A DNA stretch of 64,000 bases, taken from Elusimicrobiota bacterium. GTDB taxonomy: Bacteria; Elusimicrobiota; Elusimicrobia; Elusimicrobiales; UBA9959. The stretch's first letter is position 1, and each line of letters begins with the position of its first letter. Location of the stretch: positions 49,703-113,702 of the forward strand of contig DMXM01000028.1 of NCBI GenBank assembly GCA_003482905.1, read 5' to 3'. A program made the position numbers and the translations under genes. The notes beneath the pieces are model-generated. The model was not told the origin of the DNA. It ran no database searches and worked only from the letters and a program-made list of their open reading frames with translations. Positions 27,812-36,742 of the stretch are shown in pieces.

Positions 27812-28899
27812 ATAAGTCCGGCCGCTTTGGAAGCGGCGACCATCTTTTTCTCGGCCACGGCCGCGGCTTTCCCGGCCCCCGCGGCCAGCACTTCCTCCAC
27901 GTTAACGGACGCGGCCAAAGCCTGGCGCCGCGCGCGGAAGGCGCCGACTTCCTTTTCCATCAGCTCTATCAGCTGACCCTTGCAGGCGCCGCAGCCGGTG
28001 CGGCCTTCGCGGCACTCGGCCTCGCGGATCTTCCAGTCCGGGTTGTAAAGCTTATGAAAAGCGCAGACCACGCAGCCCTCGGGGTGGCCCTTGTCGTCCA
28101 CCTTTATCTTGAGCGGGTCGGTGTACATCTTCTTTATCTTGCCTTCCAGACTCTTGGCGTCCTCACCCAACGCAATGGTGTTGCCGTAGGACTTGCTCAT
28201 CTTCCTGCCATCTATGCCCGGCACCACCGGGGAGCTGGTGAACAGCGGCTCCGGCTCGCAGAACACGGGGGCGCCGAACACATGGTTGAAGCGGCGGGCG
28301 ATCTCGCGGGAAAGCTCCAAATGCGGCAGCTGGTCCTTGCCTATGGGCACGAACCTGGCGTCGTAAAGCAGGATGTCGGCGGCCTGCAGCACCGGGTAGC
28401 CCAGGAAGCCCAGCGTGGCCATGTCGGAATGCAGAGCCATTTCGTCGGCGTCGTGGCCGTGGGCCTCGGCCAGCTGCTTGGTGACGCCCTCGGCCTTCTT
28501 CATCTTGTCTTCCTGGCCCTTATACTTCTGCTTATAAAGCTCCTGCAGCTGTTCTTTGAAAGTGGGGTTCCTGAGCAGCCAGCTTATGGGTGTCACCATG
28601 CCCAGCAGCGTGAACAGCTCCGCGTGGGCCTTCACGTCGGACTGGCGGAAGAAGACGCACTTGGCCGGGTCCAGCCCCAGCGCCAGCCAGTCCAGCACCA
28701 TCTCGCGGGTATTGGCGGCAATGTTCTCGCTCTTGTCCGTGCCGGTGGTCAGCGCGTGCCAGTCCGCCACAAAGAAATAGCAGATGTATTTGTCCTGCAG
28801 CTCCACCCAGTTCTTAAGGGTGCCCCAGTAATTGCCCAGGTGCAGGCGGCCGGTGGGCCGGTTGCCGGAAACTACCACGGGTTTATCGTTGTTTTCCAT
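27808..28899 (-). CDS. trpS: tryptophan--tRNA ligase (variant with C-terminal Cys cluster)
   Basis: GNRPTGRLHLGNYWG (HIGH-like) and KMSKSYGN. Cys cluster GCVVCAFHKLYNPDWKIREAECREGRTGCGAC. Confidence 0.9.
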   Translation of the reverse strand: MENNDKPVVVSGNRPTGRLHLGNYWGTLKNWVELQDKYICYFFVADWHALTTGTDKSENIAANTREMVLDWLALGLDPAKCVFFRQSDVKAHAELFTLLGMVTPISWLLRNPTFKEQLQELYKQKYKGQEDKMKKAEGVTKQLAEAHGHDADEMALHSDMATLGFLGYPVLQAADILLYDARFVPIGKDQLPHLELSREIARRFNHVFGAPVFCEPEPLFTSSPVVPGIDGRKMSKSYGNTIALGEDAKSLEGKIKKMYTDPLKIKVDDKGHPEGCVVCAFHKLYNPDWKIREAECREGRTGCGACKGQLIELMEKEVGAFRARRQALAASVNVEEVLAAGAGKAAAVAEKKMVAASKAAGLI

Positions 28900-28902
28900 A
28901 TT

Positions 28903-29538
28903 TCAGCCTAAATAGATGCCCAGATAAGACAACAGCATAAGCGCGAACCCCAGCGGCGGCAGCACTATATACTTGATCAGCCCGGTCATCACCAGGCCAA
29001 GTATTATATAAACTCCGTAGGGCAGGTGGCGTTCGTACATCTCCAGCCAGCGGCCCTTAAGCAGGCCCAGGGCTATCTGGCTGCCGTCCAGCGGGTAAAC
29101 CGGGATCAGGTTGAACATGGCCAGCGCCAGGTTTATTATTACCGCGAAGCCGAAAGTTCTAAGGAGCGTCAGTGCCAGGTCCCCGCCTATGAAACCCAGT
29201 GTCGTGATCTTGAATGCCACCGCCGCCAGTACAGCCAGAAATATGTTTGAGAGCGGGCCGCTGAAGGCTACCATAGCCATGTCGGCGCGGGGGTTATTGA
29301 GACGGTACGGGTTTACAGGCACCGGCTTGGCCCAGCCGATGGCCGGCAGGTGCATCAGGGTGCAGGCGATCGGAACCAGTACCGTGCCCACCGGGTCTAT
29401 ATGCGGCAGCGGGTTGAAAGAAAGCCGACCGGAAAGGTAAGCGGTATCGTCCCCGCGCCTGTAGGCCATGAAGCCGTGGGCGAATTCGTGGAAAATGACC
29501 GAAAAGAATAGCACAGGAATCTGTAAAATCCACTCCAT
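28903..29538 (-). CDS. site-2 protease family (M50) membrane metalloprotease
   Basis: HEFAHG zinc motif in TM1, polytopic, NLIPVYPLDG motif. Confidence 0.85.
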   Translation of the reverse strand: MEWILQIPVLFFSVIFHEFAHGFMAYRRGDDTAYLSGRLSFNPLPHIDPVGTVLVPIACTLMHLPAIGWAKPVPVNPYRLNNPRADMAMVAFSGPLSNIFLAVLAAVAFKITTLGFIGGDLALTLLRTFGFAVIINLALAMFNLIPVYPLDGSQIALGLLKGRWLEMYERHLPYGVYIILGLVMTGLIKYIVLPPLGFALMLLSYLGIYLG

Positions 29539-29616
29539 ATATATACAATTATATTAATATATCCACTAGATTGGAAAGCGGGGTTCCCAAAATCAAGTTT
29601 TTTAGTATAATTTCAG

Positions 29617-30942
29617 ATGAATTTAACGGGGAAAAGACATATCATGGAAAAAATTAAAAAACTCATCAGTGACAGGAAAGCCAAGATCGGCATAGTCGGC
29701 ATGGGCTACGTGGGCCTGCCCCTGGCGGCGGAATTCGCCAAGGGCGGCTTTGCCGTAACCGGCTTCGAGGTGGACGCGCAGAAAGTCCGTGACATAAAGG
29801 CCGGCCAGTCATATATTCCCGACGTCCCCTCCTCGGAAGTGGCCGCCCTGGTAAAAAAGGGCCTGCTCGCCGCCACGCTGGATTTCTCCCTCCTAAAACG
29901 CCAGGACGCCGTAATAATCTGCGTGCCCACCCCCCTGCGCAAGAGCAAGGACCCTGACGTTTCCTACATAGTGGCCTCCGTGCAGGAGACCCGCAAGTAC
30001 CTGAAGCGCGGCCAGATAATAATATTGGAAAGCACCACCTACCCCGGCACCACCAAAGAACTGGTAAAGCCCATGCTGGAGGCCGGCGGCCTTAAGGCGG
30101 GCAAAGATTTCTACCTGGCCTTCTCGCCCGAACGCGTGGACCCCGGCAACGTAAAATACGGCGTAAAGAACACTCCTAAAGTGGTGGGCGGCCTGACGCC
30201 CGTCTGCACCGAGCTCGCCGGCGACCTCTACGCCGCGGTGATCGACCGCGTGCTCAAGGTCTCCAGCACCGAAGCGGCCGAACTGGTGAAACTGCTGGAG
30301 AACACCTTCCGCGCCGTCAACATAGCCATGATAAACGAGATGGCGCTGATGTGCAACAAGCTGGGCCTGGACGTCTGGGAGGTCATAAACGCCGCGGCCT
30401 CAAAGCCCTTCGGTTTCATGCCCTTCTACCCCGGCCCCGGCATAGGCGGCCACTGCATACCGCTGGACCCGCATTACCTGGGCTGGAAGATGAAGACGCT
30501 GAACTTCGAGCCGCGCTTCATAGAACTTGCCGGCGCCATAAACTCCGCCATGCCGGACCACGTGGTGGCCCGCCTGGGTGAGATCCTCAACACCCGCGGC
30601 AAGGCCCTGAGCCGCTCCAAAATACTGATGATAGGCATGGCCTACAAGCCCGACATCTCCGACCACAGGGAGTCCCCCGCCCACGACGTGCTGACCCTGC
30701 TGGATAAAACCGGCGCCAAGGCCGATTACTACGACCCTTATGTCCCCGCGATAGAGCTGGACGGCGAGCCCCGCCGCTCGAAAAAAGACGCCCTGAAGAA
30801 GCTTAAGACTTACGACTGCGTGATGATAGTGACGCCGCACGCCTGCATAGATTACCGCAAAATAGCGAAAGACGCCCGCCTTGTCTTCGACACCAGGAAC
30901 GCCACCAAAGGCCTCAAGGGAAGGAATATTTTCCGCCTATGA
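29617..30942 (+). CDS. nucleotide-sugar dehydrogenase (UDP-N-acetyl-D-mannosamine/glucosamine dehydrogenase-like)
   Basis: Rossmann motif KIGIVGMGYVGLPLA. Catalytic GIGGHCIPLDP. An alternative start is ATG 29644 (MEKIKK). Confidence 0.85.
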   Translation: MNLTGKRHIMEKIKKLISDRKAKIGIVGMGYVGLPLAAEFAKGGFAVTGFEVDAQKVRDIKAGQSYIPDVPSSEVAALVKKGLLAATLDFSLLKRQDAVIICVPTPLRKSKDPDVSYIVASVQETRKYLKRGQIIILESTTYPGTTKELVKPMLEAGGLKAGKDFYLAFSPERVDPGNVKYGVKNTPKVVGGLTPVCTELAGDLYAAVIDRVLKVSSTEAAELVKLLENTFRAVNIAMINEMALMCNKLGLDVWEVINAAASKPFGFMPFYPGPGIGGHCIPLDPHYLGWKMKTLNFEPRFIELAGAINSAMPDHVVARLGEILNTRGKALSRSKILMIGMAYKPDISDHRESPAHDVLTLLDKTGAKADYYDPYVPAIELDGEPRRSKKDALKKLKTYDCVMIVTPHACIDYRKIAKDARLVFDTRNATKGLKGRNIFRL

Positions 30943-32792
30943 CCGAAACGACCGACCCCAAACTGCTCTGGTTCAGTTTTCTCAAGATCTTCACCCGCGC
31001 GCTGGTGCAGATCAATCTCTATAAGCCGGACCATCCCCAGGTGAAGCTGGCGCTGGAGGAAGGCCAGGCCCTGCTGGCGCAGATCTCCGGCGCGCTGGGC
31101 GGCGCGGAGTTTTCTATCACCATCGATAAAGACGAACTGCTGGTAAACGGCGTGCCGCTGGTGGCCGCGGACAAGCTGCCCAATTCCCTGAAGAACCTCT
31201 ACTCCAAATTCCGCCTGCAGACCATAACCTTTTTGCCCGGCGCCACCGGCGACGACCTGCTGGCCCTCTGTCAGGTGCAGGCCTTCAAGGGCGAGGCCAA
31301 AGACTTTCTTAAAGAGCGTGGCGTGGAGAGGATAACCCTTAACGAGTCGGTTTACGCTAAAGTGGACGCGGGCCAGACGCCGGGGGCCAGCGTGGCCGCC
31401 CCGGCCGCCGGCGCAAGCGCGGGCGACGGAAACGACGCCGCCGTCAGCGCGCAGCGGGCGCCGGCCGAAAAGGTCACCGACCTGATCACCGGACAGGGCC
31501 TGGAAACGGCCCTCTCCACCGTGGTCGGCCGGGCCACCCTAGACGCGGCCGAGCAGCGGCGCATAGTGGAGATGCTAACCGCCAAGTTCAAAGAGGAGAT
31601 GGTGGCAGAGGTGAAAAGGGCCCTCGTAGAGGTGCACCGGGAAAAGAAGAAAGTAGAGAACGACATGGTGCGCGCCGAATCCGTCATGACCAGCATGGCC
31701 GACGGCGTGGTGGTGGTGGACAAAGACGGCAAGATTATAATGATGAACCCGCACGCCGAGGCCATGTCCGGCCGCCCGCTGGCGGAGCTCTCCGGCAAGA
31801 AGATCGTGGACCTTTCGCAGATAGAGAACCAGGTGGTATCGCTGGCCAAGGAAATAAAGCCGGAGAACAAGGCCGACATCTCCACGGAAGTCTTAAAGAC
31901 CGGACCGGCGGGATTGGCCGAGACCGTAAAGAAAGCCACCACCATAATCCAGAACGAGGACGGCAAAATAGTCGGCTCCGTGTCCATCCCCACGGACGCC
32001 GCCAAACTGAAACAGGTGGAGAAACTGCAGCAGGACTTCATCGCCACCATGACCCATGAACTGCGCTCGCCGCTCACTTCTATAAAGGCCGCCCTTGAAA
32101 TAATGAGCCGCGACTTCGCCAAGGGAGACTCTTCGCGCGGCATACTTAACACTGCCATACGCAACACCGAGCGCCTCAATTCCATAATAACGGACATACT
32201 GGACTTCTCAAAACTGCAGTCCGGCAAATTGATCTTCCACCAGGAGAGCTGCGACGCGGGGGAAGTGGCCAAAGAGGGCGTCGAAGCCATGAAAGCCTGG
32301 GCCTCATCCAAAGGCGTCAACCTTTCCGTAAGCGCCGGGCTGGGCGTACAGCGCATATACGCCGACAAGCGCCGCACCATCCAGGTGCTTATAAACCTTA
32401 TCTCCAACGCCATAAAGTTCACGCCGCAGGGCGGCAGCATAGAAGTGTCGGCCGACGCCGGCCGCGACGCTCTCGACGGCTTCTCCTTCTTTTCCGTAAA
32501 AGACACAGGCTGCGGCATGAAGAAAGAGGACCAGGGCAAGATCTTCGAGAAATTCGTGCAGGTGGCTTCCGGGGAGAAGGTCGGCGGCACCGGCCTGGGC
32601 CTGGCCATCACCAAGGCCATGGTAGTCATGCAGGGCGGCAGGATCTCCGTGGAAAGCGAGCCCGGCCGCGGCTCCACCTTCCGCGTGAGCATGCCCGTCT
32701 ACAAGGGCCAGGGGGAGCAGCCGGTTTTCGAGCCGTCCCCGGAGGAGCTGCAGGAAGCGAAGCCCTGGTGGAAGAAGCTGCTTGGGCTTTAA
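30939..32792 (+). CDS. cytoplasmic sensor histidine kinase with PAS domain
   Basis: PAS-like ADGVVVVDKDGKIIMMNPHAE. H-box THELRSPLTSI. HATPase motifs NLISNAIKFT, DTGCGM, GTGLGLAI. ATGA overlap with the upstream dehydrogenase gene. Confidence 0.85.
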   Translation: MTETTDPKLLWFSFLKIFTRALVQINLYKPDHPQVKLALEEGQALLAQISGALGGAEFSITIDKDELLVNGVPLVAADKLPNSLKNLYSKFRLQTITFLPGATGDDLLALCQVQAFKGEAKDFLKERGVERITLNESVYAKVDAGQTPGASVAAPAAGASAGDGNDAAVSAQRAPAEKVTDLITGQGLETALSTVVGRATLDAAEQRRIVEMLTAKFKEEMVAEVKRALVEVHREKKKVENDMVRAESVMTSMADGVVVVDKDGKIIMMNPHAEAMSGRPLAELSGKKIVDLSQIENQVVSLAKEIKPENKADISTEVLKTGPAGLAETVKKATTIIQNEDGKIVGSVSIPTDAAKLKQVEKLQQDFIATMTHELRSPLTSIKAALEIMSRDFAKGDSSRGILNTAIRNTERLNSIITDILDFSKLQSGKLIFHQESCDAGEVAKEGVEAMKAWASSKGVNLSVSAGLGVQRIYADKRRTIQVLINLISNAIKFTPQGGSIEVSADAGRDALDGFSFFSVKDTGCGMKKEDQGKIFEKFVQVASGEKVGGTGLGLAITKAMVVMQGGRISVESEPGRGSTFRVSMPVYKGQGEQPVFEPSPEELQEAKPWWKKLLGL

Positions 32793-32821
32793 AGGGATTG
32801 GGCGCGGCGCGCACACAAGTA

Positions 32822-32849
32822 TTGTTATCCCTTCCACATAAATTATAAA
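32822..32849 (+). promoter_or_regulatory. putative promoter of tRNA-Arg
   Basis: TTGTTA (32822-32827), a 16-nt spacer, then TATAAA (32844-32849), 16 nt before the tRNA 5' end. Confidence 0.45.
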
Positions 32850-32865
32850 ATAGTGTTTCAGTCTT

Positions 32866-32940
32866 GCGCCCGTATCTCAATGGATAGAGTCCCGCCCTGC
32901 GAAGGCGGTTGTACAGGTTCGACTCCTGTCGGGCGCACCA
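32866..32940 (+). tRNA. tRNA-Arg, anticodon GCG as read, CCA encoded
   Basis: Hand-folded cloverleaf. Acceptor GCGCCCG/CGGGCGC; D-arm TCTC-AATGGATA-GAGT; anticodon arm CCGCC-CTGCGAA-GGCGG; variable TTGT; T-arm ACAGG-TTCGACT-CCTGT; then A-CCA. A20 and C35 fit Arg identity. Confidence 0.85.
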
Positions 32941-32954
32941 AATTTCAACCCTCT

Positions 32955-33146
32955 ATGACGGATCCCAAAGAAGAGATAAAAAAAGACGAAAAGGCCACCG
33001 GCCGCTACGTCTACGATAAGAAACTGCGGAAGGTAGTTAAAGTTTCCGATGACATCCCCGGCCTGAAGAAAGGCTCCACGGCCTCCGACGGCGGCTGCCC
33101 CATCAACCCCGGCGGCCACAAGTGCAACGGCTGCTGCGGACATTGA
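32955..33146 (+). CDS. small lysine-rich protein with Cys-rich C-terminus (hypothetical)
   Basis: 63 aa from ATG 32955: MTDPKEEIKKDEKATGRYVYDKKLRKV...GGCPINPGGHKCNGCCGH. Codon usage looks coding. A strong terminator follows. The first 34 codons of the track ORF overlap the tRNA and were rejected. No SD seen. Confidence 0.45.
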   Translation: MTDPKEEIKKDEKATGRYVYDKKLRKVVKVSDDIPGLKKGSTASDGGCPINPGGHKCNGCCGH

Positions 33147-33170
33147 ACGAGGCGGCGGACCGACTTCCCA

Positions 33171-33205
33171 TAAAAAAAGCCCCGGGTTCGCGCCCGGGGC
33201 TTTTT
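33171..33205. terminator. bidirectional intrinsic terminator
   Basis: AAAAAAA-GCCCCGGG-TTCGCG-CCCGGGGC-TTTTTT, between convergent genes 32955-33146 (+) and pilT (-). Confidence 0.85.
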
Positions 33206-33221
33206 TATCCTGGAGCAGGGG

Positions 33222-34670
33222 TCACTCCTCTATTTCGGTCATATTCAGCACTATCCCTTTCGTCTTGAGCAGCGCCACAAAAGCGGGTTTGTCCACCGCC
33301 TTGATATAAGCCTCTTCCGGCGCCACGGCCTTATCCACCACCAACTTAAAAAGCACGTCATTAAGCGTGGTCATGCCCTGTTTCTTGCCGGTCTGCATGA
33401 CGGAAGGTATCTGGAATATCTTTCCCTCGCGGATAAGGTTGGCCACCGCGCTGTTGACGAACAGCGCCTCCATGGCCGCCACACGCCCCCCACCTATCTT
33501 CTTGCAAAGGGTCTGCGAGATGACCGCCTTCAGAGAGGTGGACAGCATGGTCCTTATCTGGCTCTGCCGGTCGGCCGGGAACTGGTCTATAATGCGGTCC
33601 ACCGTGGAAGCGGCCGTGGTGGTGTGGAGCGTTCCGAATACAAGATGCCCGGTTTCGGCCGTCTCTATGGCTATCGAGATCGTCTCCAGGTCGCGCATTT
33701 CGCCCACAAGCACTATATCCGGGTCCTCGCGCAGCGCGGCGCGCAGGGCCTGCGAGAAGGATTTGGTGTGAACGTGCACCTCGCGCTGGTTGATCAGGCA
33801 GTTTTTCCTGTTATGGACGAACTCTATGGGGTCCTCGATGGTGATGATATGGTCCCGGCGATGGCGGTTGATGTAGTCCACCAGGGCGCAGAGGGTGGTG
33901 GATTTGCCGGAGCCGGTGGGCCCGGTCACCAGCACCAGGCCTTTCGAGAGGAAGCAGAGGTCTATTATTTCTTTGGAAAGCCCCAGGTTTTCCGCCGTAA
34001 CGATATCCATCGGGATCTGCCGGAACACGGCCCCCATGCCGAACCTGTCCATAAAAACGTTAACGCGGAACCTGGCCAGGCCGGTTATTTCATGGGCGAA
34101 GTCGGTGTCGTGGATCTCCTTGAATTGAAGCGCGTTATGCGGCGGCAGAATGGCCGACAGCAGGGCCTCCATGCGCTCGTTCTTCAGCACGGGCTCGTCG
34201 CCAAGCTCCTTCATGTCGCCGTTGACCCTCACCAGCGGGCGGTGGCTGGAGGTAAGGTGCAGGTCGGAAGCTCCCATTTTGAACATCTTGCGCAGCAGGG
34301 CGTTCACCTCGGGCTCGGGGTCCGCCGCCTTCGCCTGGGCCTGCGGCTGAGCGGCTGCCGCGCCCTTGCCGTTCTCGCCGTTCATACTTATCCTGGCGAT
34401 CACCTGCTCGCCCTCGGCCGAAAAATCCACCTGCACCGTTCTGGCGCCGGCCTTGTATTCGAACTTCAGGGCTTTGCGCTGGGCCAGAGCCTCGCGGCCG
34501 TCCGCGGGCGCTATTTCCTGGACCAGGCCCGTCACCTGGGCGGCCGACAGCAGCTGGTTAAGAATGGCCGTGGTCCCGGCTTCGCTCTTAAGCACCGGCG
34601 CTTTGCCGGACTCCAGCACTATCTCCTGTTTGGCCTGTATCTTCTCTATAAGCTTGTCCAGTTGGGGCAT
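33222..34670 (-). CDS. pilT: PilT-family type IV pilus/secretion ATPase with ~130-aa N-terminal extension
   Basis: Walker A GPTGSGKSTT, Asp/His boxes (IITIEDPIEF, LVGEMRD, GHLVFGTLHT), PilT-type C-terminus. Confidence 0.8.
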   Translation of the reverse strand: MPQLDKLIEKIQAKQEIVLESGKAPVLKSEAGTTAILNQLLSAAQVTGLVQEIAPADGREALAQRKALKFEYKAGARTVQVDFSAEGEQVIARISMNGENGKGAAAAQPQAQAKAADPEPEVNALLRKMFKMGASDLHLTSSHRPLVRVNGDMKELGDEPVLKNERMEALLSAILPPHNALQFKEIHDTDFAHEITGLARFRVNVFMDRFGMGAVFRQIPMDIVTAENLGLSKEIIDLCFLSKGLVLVTGPTGSGKSTTLCALVDYINRHRRDHIITIEDPIEFVHNRKNCLINQREVHVHTKSFSQALRAALREDPDIVLVGEMRDLETISIAIETAETGHLVFGTLHTTTAASTVDRIIDQFPADRQSQIRTMLSTSLKAVISQTLCKKIGGGRVAAMEALFVNSAVANLIREGKIFQIPSVMQTGKKQGMTTLNDVLFKLVVDKAVAPEEAYIKAVDKPAFVALLKTKGIVLNMTEIEE

Positions 34671-34756
34671 AACACCTTTTAAACTCGTTTACCGCGGCGC
34701 CGTTCAGGGCTGATTTATTCTACTTTTTTTGAAACCCTCGGGGAACATATTGAAAT

Positions 34757-35734
34757 TCAGCGGCCCGTCAGCCCGCGCATGTCGGGCGGTAGCGGGGCGG
34801 TCACGGCCATATGCCGGCCGTCGGCCGGGTGACGGAAAATAAGTTCTCCGGCGTGCAGGGCCTGGCGCGCTATGCGCATTTTCACCGGATCTTCCGGCGT
34901 CATCCTGCCTTCTATCATACGCAGAAATATCAGCTCGTCCAGGCCGTACATTTTGTCGCCGACTACCGGACAGCCCAAAAACAACAAGGTGGCCCTTATC
35001 TGGTGCAGGCGGCCGGTATGCGGCCGCGCTTCCAGCACGCTAAGGCCGCCCGCGCTTTTTACCGGCGTAAAGATGGTTTCCGCCCACTCGGCCTCGCGCC
35101 CGGGCGCGGGCCCGGCTTCGGTTGAAGGCTCGAATTGCCTTTTTTTGCGTATGGCCGAGGTCTTTGCCGGCACAATATAGCCCCGCGCATGGACCGCCCG
35201 CTCAAAGGCGCCTTCGGTGATAGCCGTGTATTTCTTTATAACGCCCCGCTCGCTGAACTGCCGCCTGCAGGCCAGGGCCGCGCGGGCATTTTTGGCCACC
35301 AGCGTTACCCCGGAGGTCTCGCGGTCCAGCCGGTTGATTATGGAGGGCTCGGCCACAGACAGGCGCTCCCGCAGCAGCCACCACAGCGTATTCTTAAAAT
35401 ACCTGCCGGCCGGATGGGCGGGCAAGTCGCCCGGTTTGTCTACCAGAACGATGTCCCGGTCCTCATACAGCACCGTTACCGCCGTATTGACCTCGGGCTC
35501 CGGCGCGTCGGCCAGGAAATACTGCACTATGTCGCCCTCCGCAAGCGCGCGGTCCGGCGCCGGGATATCTCCGTTAAGCCGCACGGCGCCTGCGGCCGCC
35601 AGGCGGGCCCACTCTTCTGGGCTGTGGTAGGGGAACCTCGCGCCGAGAAAAGAAATTAGCGGGCCGCCGGCGTTCTCCTTCCGGATGACGCAGCGCAGTA
35701 TCCTCTCCCCCCCGGTCAATTTATCCATAAACAT
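34757..35734 (-). CDS. RluA-family pseudouridine synthase
   Basis: S4-like N-terminus. Catalytic HRLDRETSGV. Motif GRLHQIRATL. Confidence 0.85.
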   Translation of the reverse strand: MFMDKLTGGERILRCVIRKENAGGPLISFLGARFPYHSPEEWARLAAAGAVRLNGDIPAPDRALAEGDIVQYFLADAPEPEVNTAVTVLYEDRDIVLVDKPGDLPAHPAGRYFKNTLWWLLRERLSVAEPSIINRLDRETSGVTLVAKNARAALACRRQFSERGVIKKYTAITEGAFERAVHARGYIVPAKTSAIRKKRQFEPSTEAGPAPGREAEWAETIFTPVKSAGGLSVLEARPHTGRLHQIRATLLFLGCPVVGDKMYGLDELIFLRMIEGRMTPEDPVKMRIARQALHAGELIFRHPADGRHMAVTAPLPPDMRGLTGR

Positions 35735-35746
35735 GGCCGCCAGGTT

Positions 35747-36649
35747 TCAGACGCGTTCCAGTTGGGCGGTTTTGATGTTCTTTAAATAGCCCAGCAGATT
35801 GCGGTGCCGCTCCAGGCCGGCGCGGCCCGTTTTCTGGTACACATAGAAGTTGTCCTCGAGCATTTTCATATGCGGGAACACGCTTAGCAGAGTGCGGGCC
35901 TTGAATTCTTTCAGCACACAGTACCTGGGCACGAAGCCCACCCCCAGGCCCTCCATGGCGGCGTTCACTATGCCCCTGATATGGTTCAGCTCCATCACCT
36001 CCCGGAACTCCGGGCGCTCGGCGGCGGGCAGGGCGTTAAGAAAGTTGCCCCACCACTGCGCGCCCTTGTCCAGGGAAAGAATATTGCAGCCGGACAGGTC
36101 CGCCGGCTTCCTTATGACGCGGCGGCGGATAAAGTCCGGAGAGGCTATTACCGCGTAGTCCTCGCGGAAAAGCGGGGTTTTTTCCACGCCCTCGGCCTTG
36201 TGGCTGCGGCAGTCTATGACGATATCCAATTCGTCGCGCAGCAGCGGCTGCAGCAGTTCGTGGCAGAACTGGAAGTCTATATGCACGCGCGGGTTCTGGT
36301 TTATAAAGCGCTTCAGGTACTTCACCAGCAGCGTGGTGCCGAACTCCACCGTGGCGCCCAGCCTTATGGTGCCGATATTCTTGCCCTTGCCGGCGGCTAT
36401 CTGCTCCTCCGCCTTCTCCAGTTCGTAAAAAACGGTCTCGCAGGCCTTGTAGAGCACCCGGCCGGCCTCGGTCAGGGCCAGCTTATTGCCGGCGCGCCTG
36501 AAAAGGCGGTCCTTAACGCTTTGCCCCAGTTTCGCCACGGCGTGGCTCACCGCCGACTGCGTAACGTGCAGCCGCCGGGAGGCCTCGGTGTAATTGAGCG
36601 TCTGCGCCACCGCAAAAAAAGCCTTAAGCTGGTAGAGGTTCAGCGGCAT
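35747..36649 (-). CDS. LysR-family transcriptional regulator
   Basis: HTH: FFAVAQTLNYTEASRRLHVTQSAVSHAVAKL. LysR substrate-binding domain. Divergent from pruA. Confidence 0.9.
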   Translation of the reverse strand: MPLNLYQLKAFFAVAQTLNYTEASRRLHVTQSAVSHAVAKLGQSVKDRLFRRAGNKLALTEAGRVLYKACETVFYELEKAEEQIAAGKGKNIGTIRLGATVEFGTTLLVKYLKRFINQNPRVHIDFQFCHELLQPLLRDELDIVIDCRSHKAEGVEKTPLFREDYAVIASPDFIRRRVIRKPADLSGCNILSLDKGAQWWGNFLNALPAAERPEFREVMELNHIRGIVNAAMEGLGVGFVPRYCVLKEFKARTLLSVFPHMKMLEDNFYVYQKTGRAGLERHRNLLGYLKNIKTAQLERV

Positions 36650-36650
36650 A

Positions 36651-36695
36651 ATGAATTATATTCATACCTGCTGTGCATATTATGAATTATACTAA
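36651..36695. promoter_or_regulatory. LysR-type binding sites in the lysR/pruA divergent region
   Basis: Perfect palindrome ATGAAT-TAT-ATTCAT (36651-36665, T-N11-A type), with a repeated half-site ATGAATTATA at 36682-36691. Confidence 0.5.
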
Positions 36696-36742
36696 TATAC
36701 AACCAAGTGCTACCATATTTAAAACAGTTTCAAGGAGGACGC

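Noticed and set aside
32853-32954. N-terminal 34 codons of the 97-aa ORF overlapping the tRNA-Arg gene
   Set aside because: This stretch is the tRNA sequence read as protein. Only the part starting at ATG 32955, after the tRNA, is retained as a possible small gene.
32866-36649. tRNA gene as the integration site of a genomic island
   Set aside because: There is no integrase, no direct repeat of the tRNA 3' end, and the downstream genes (pilT, an RluA-family gene, LysR-pruA) look like core genes.
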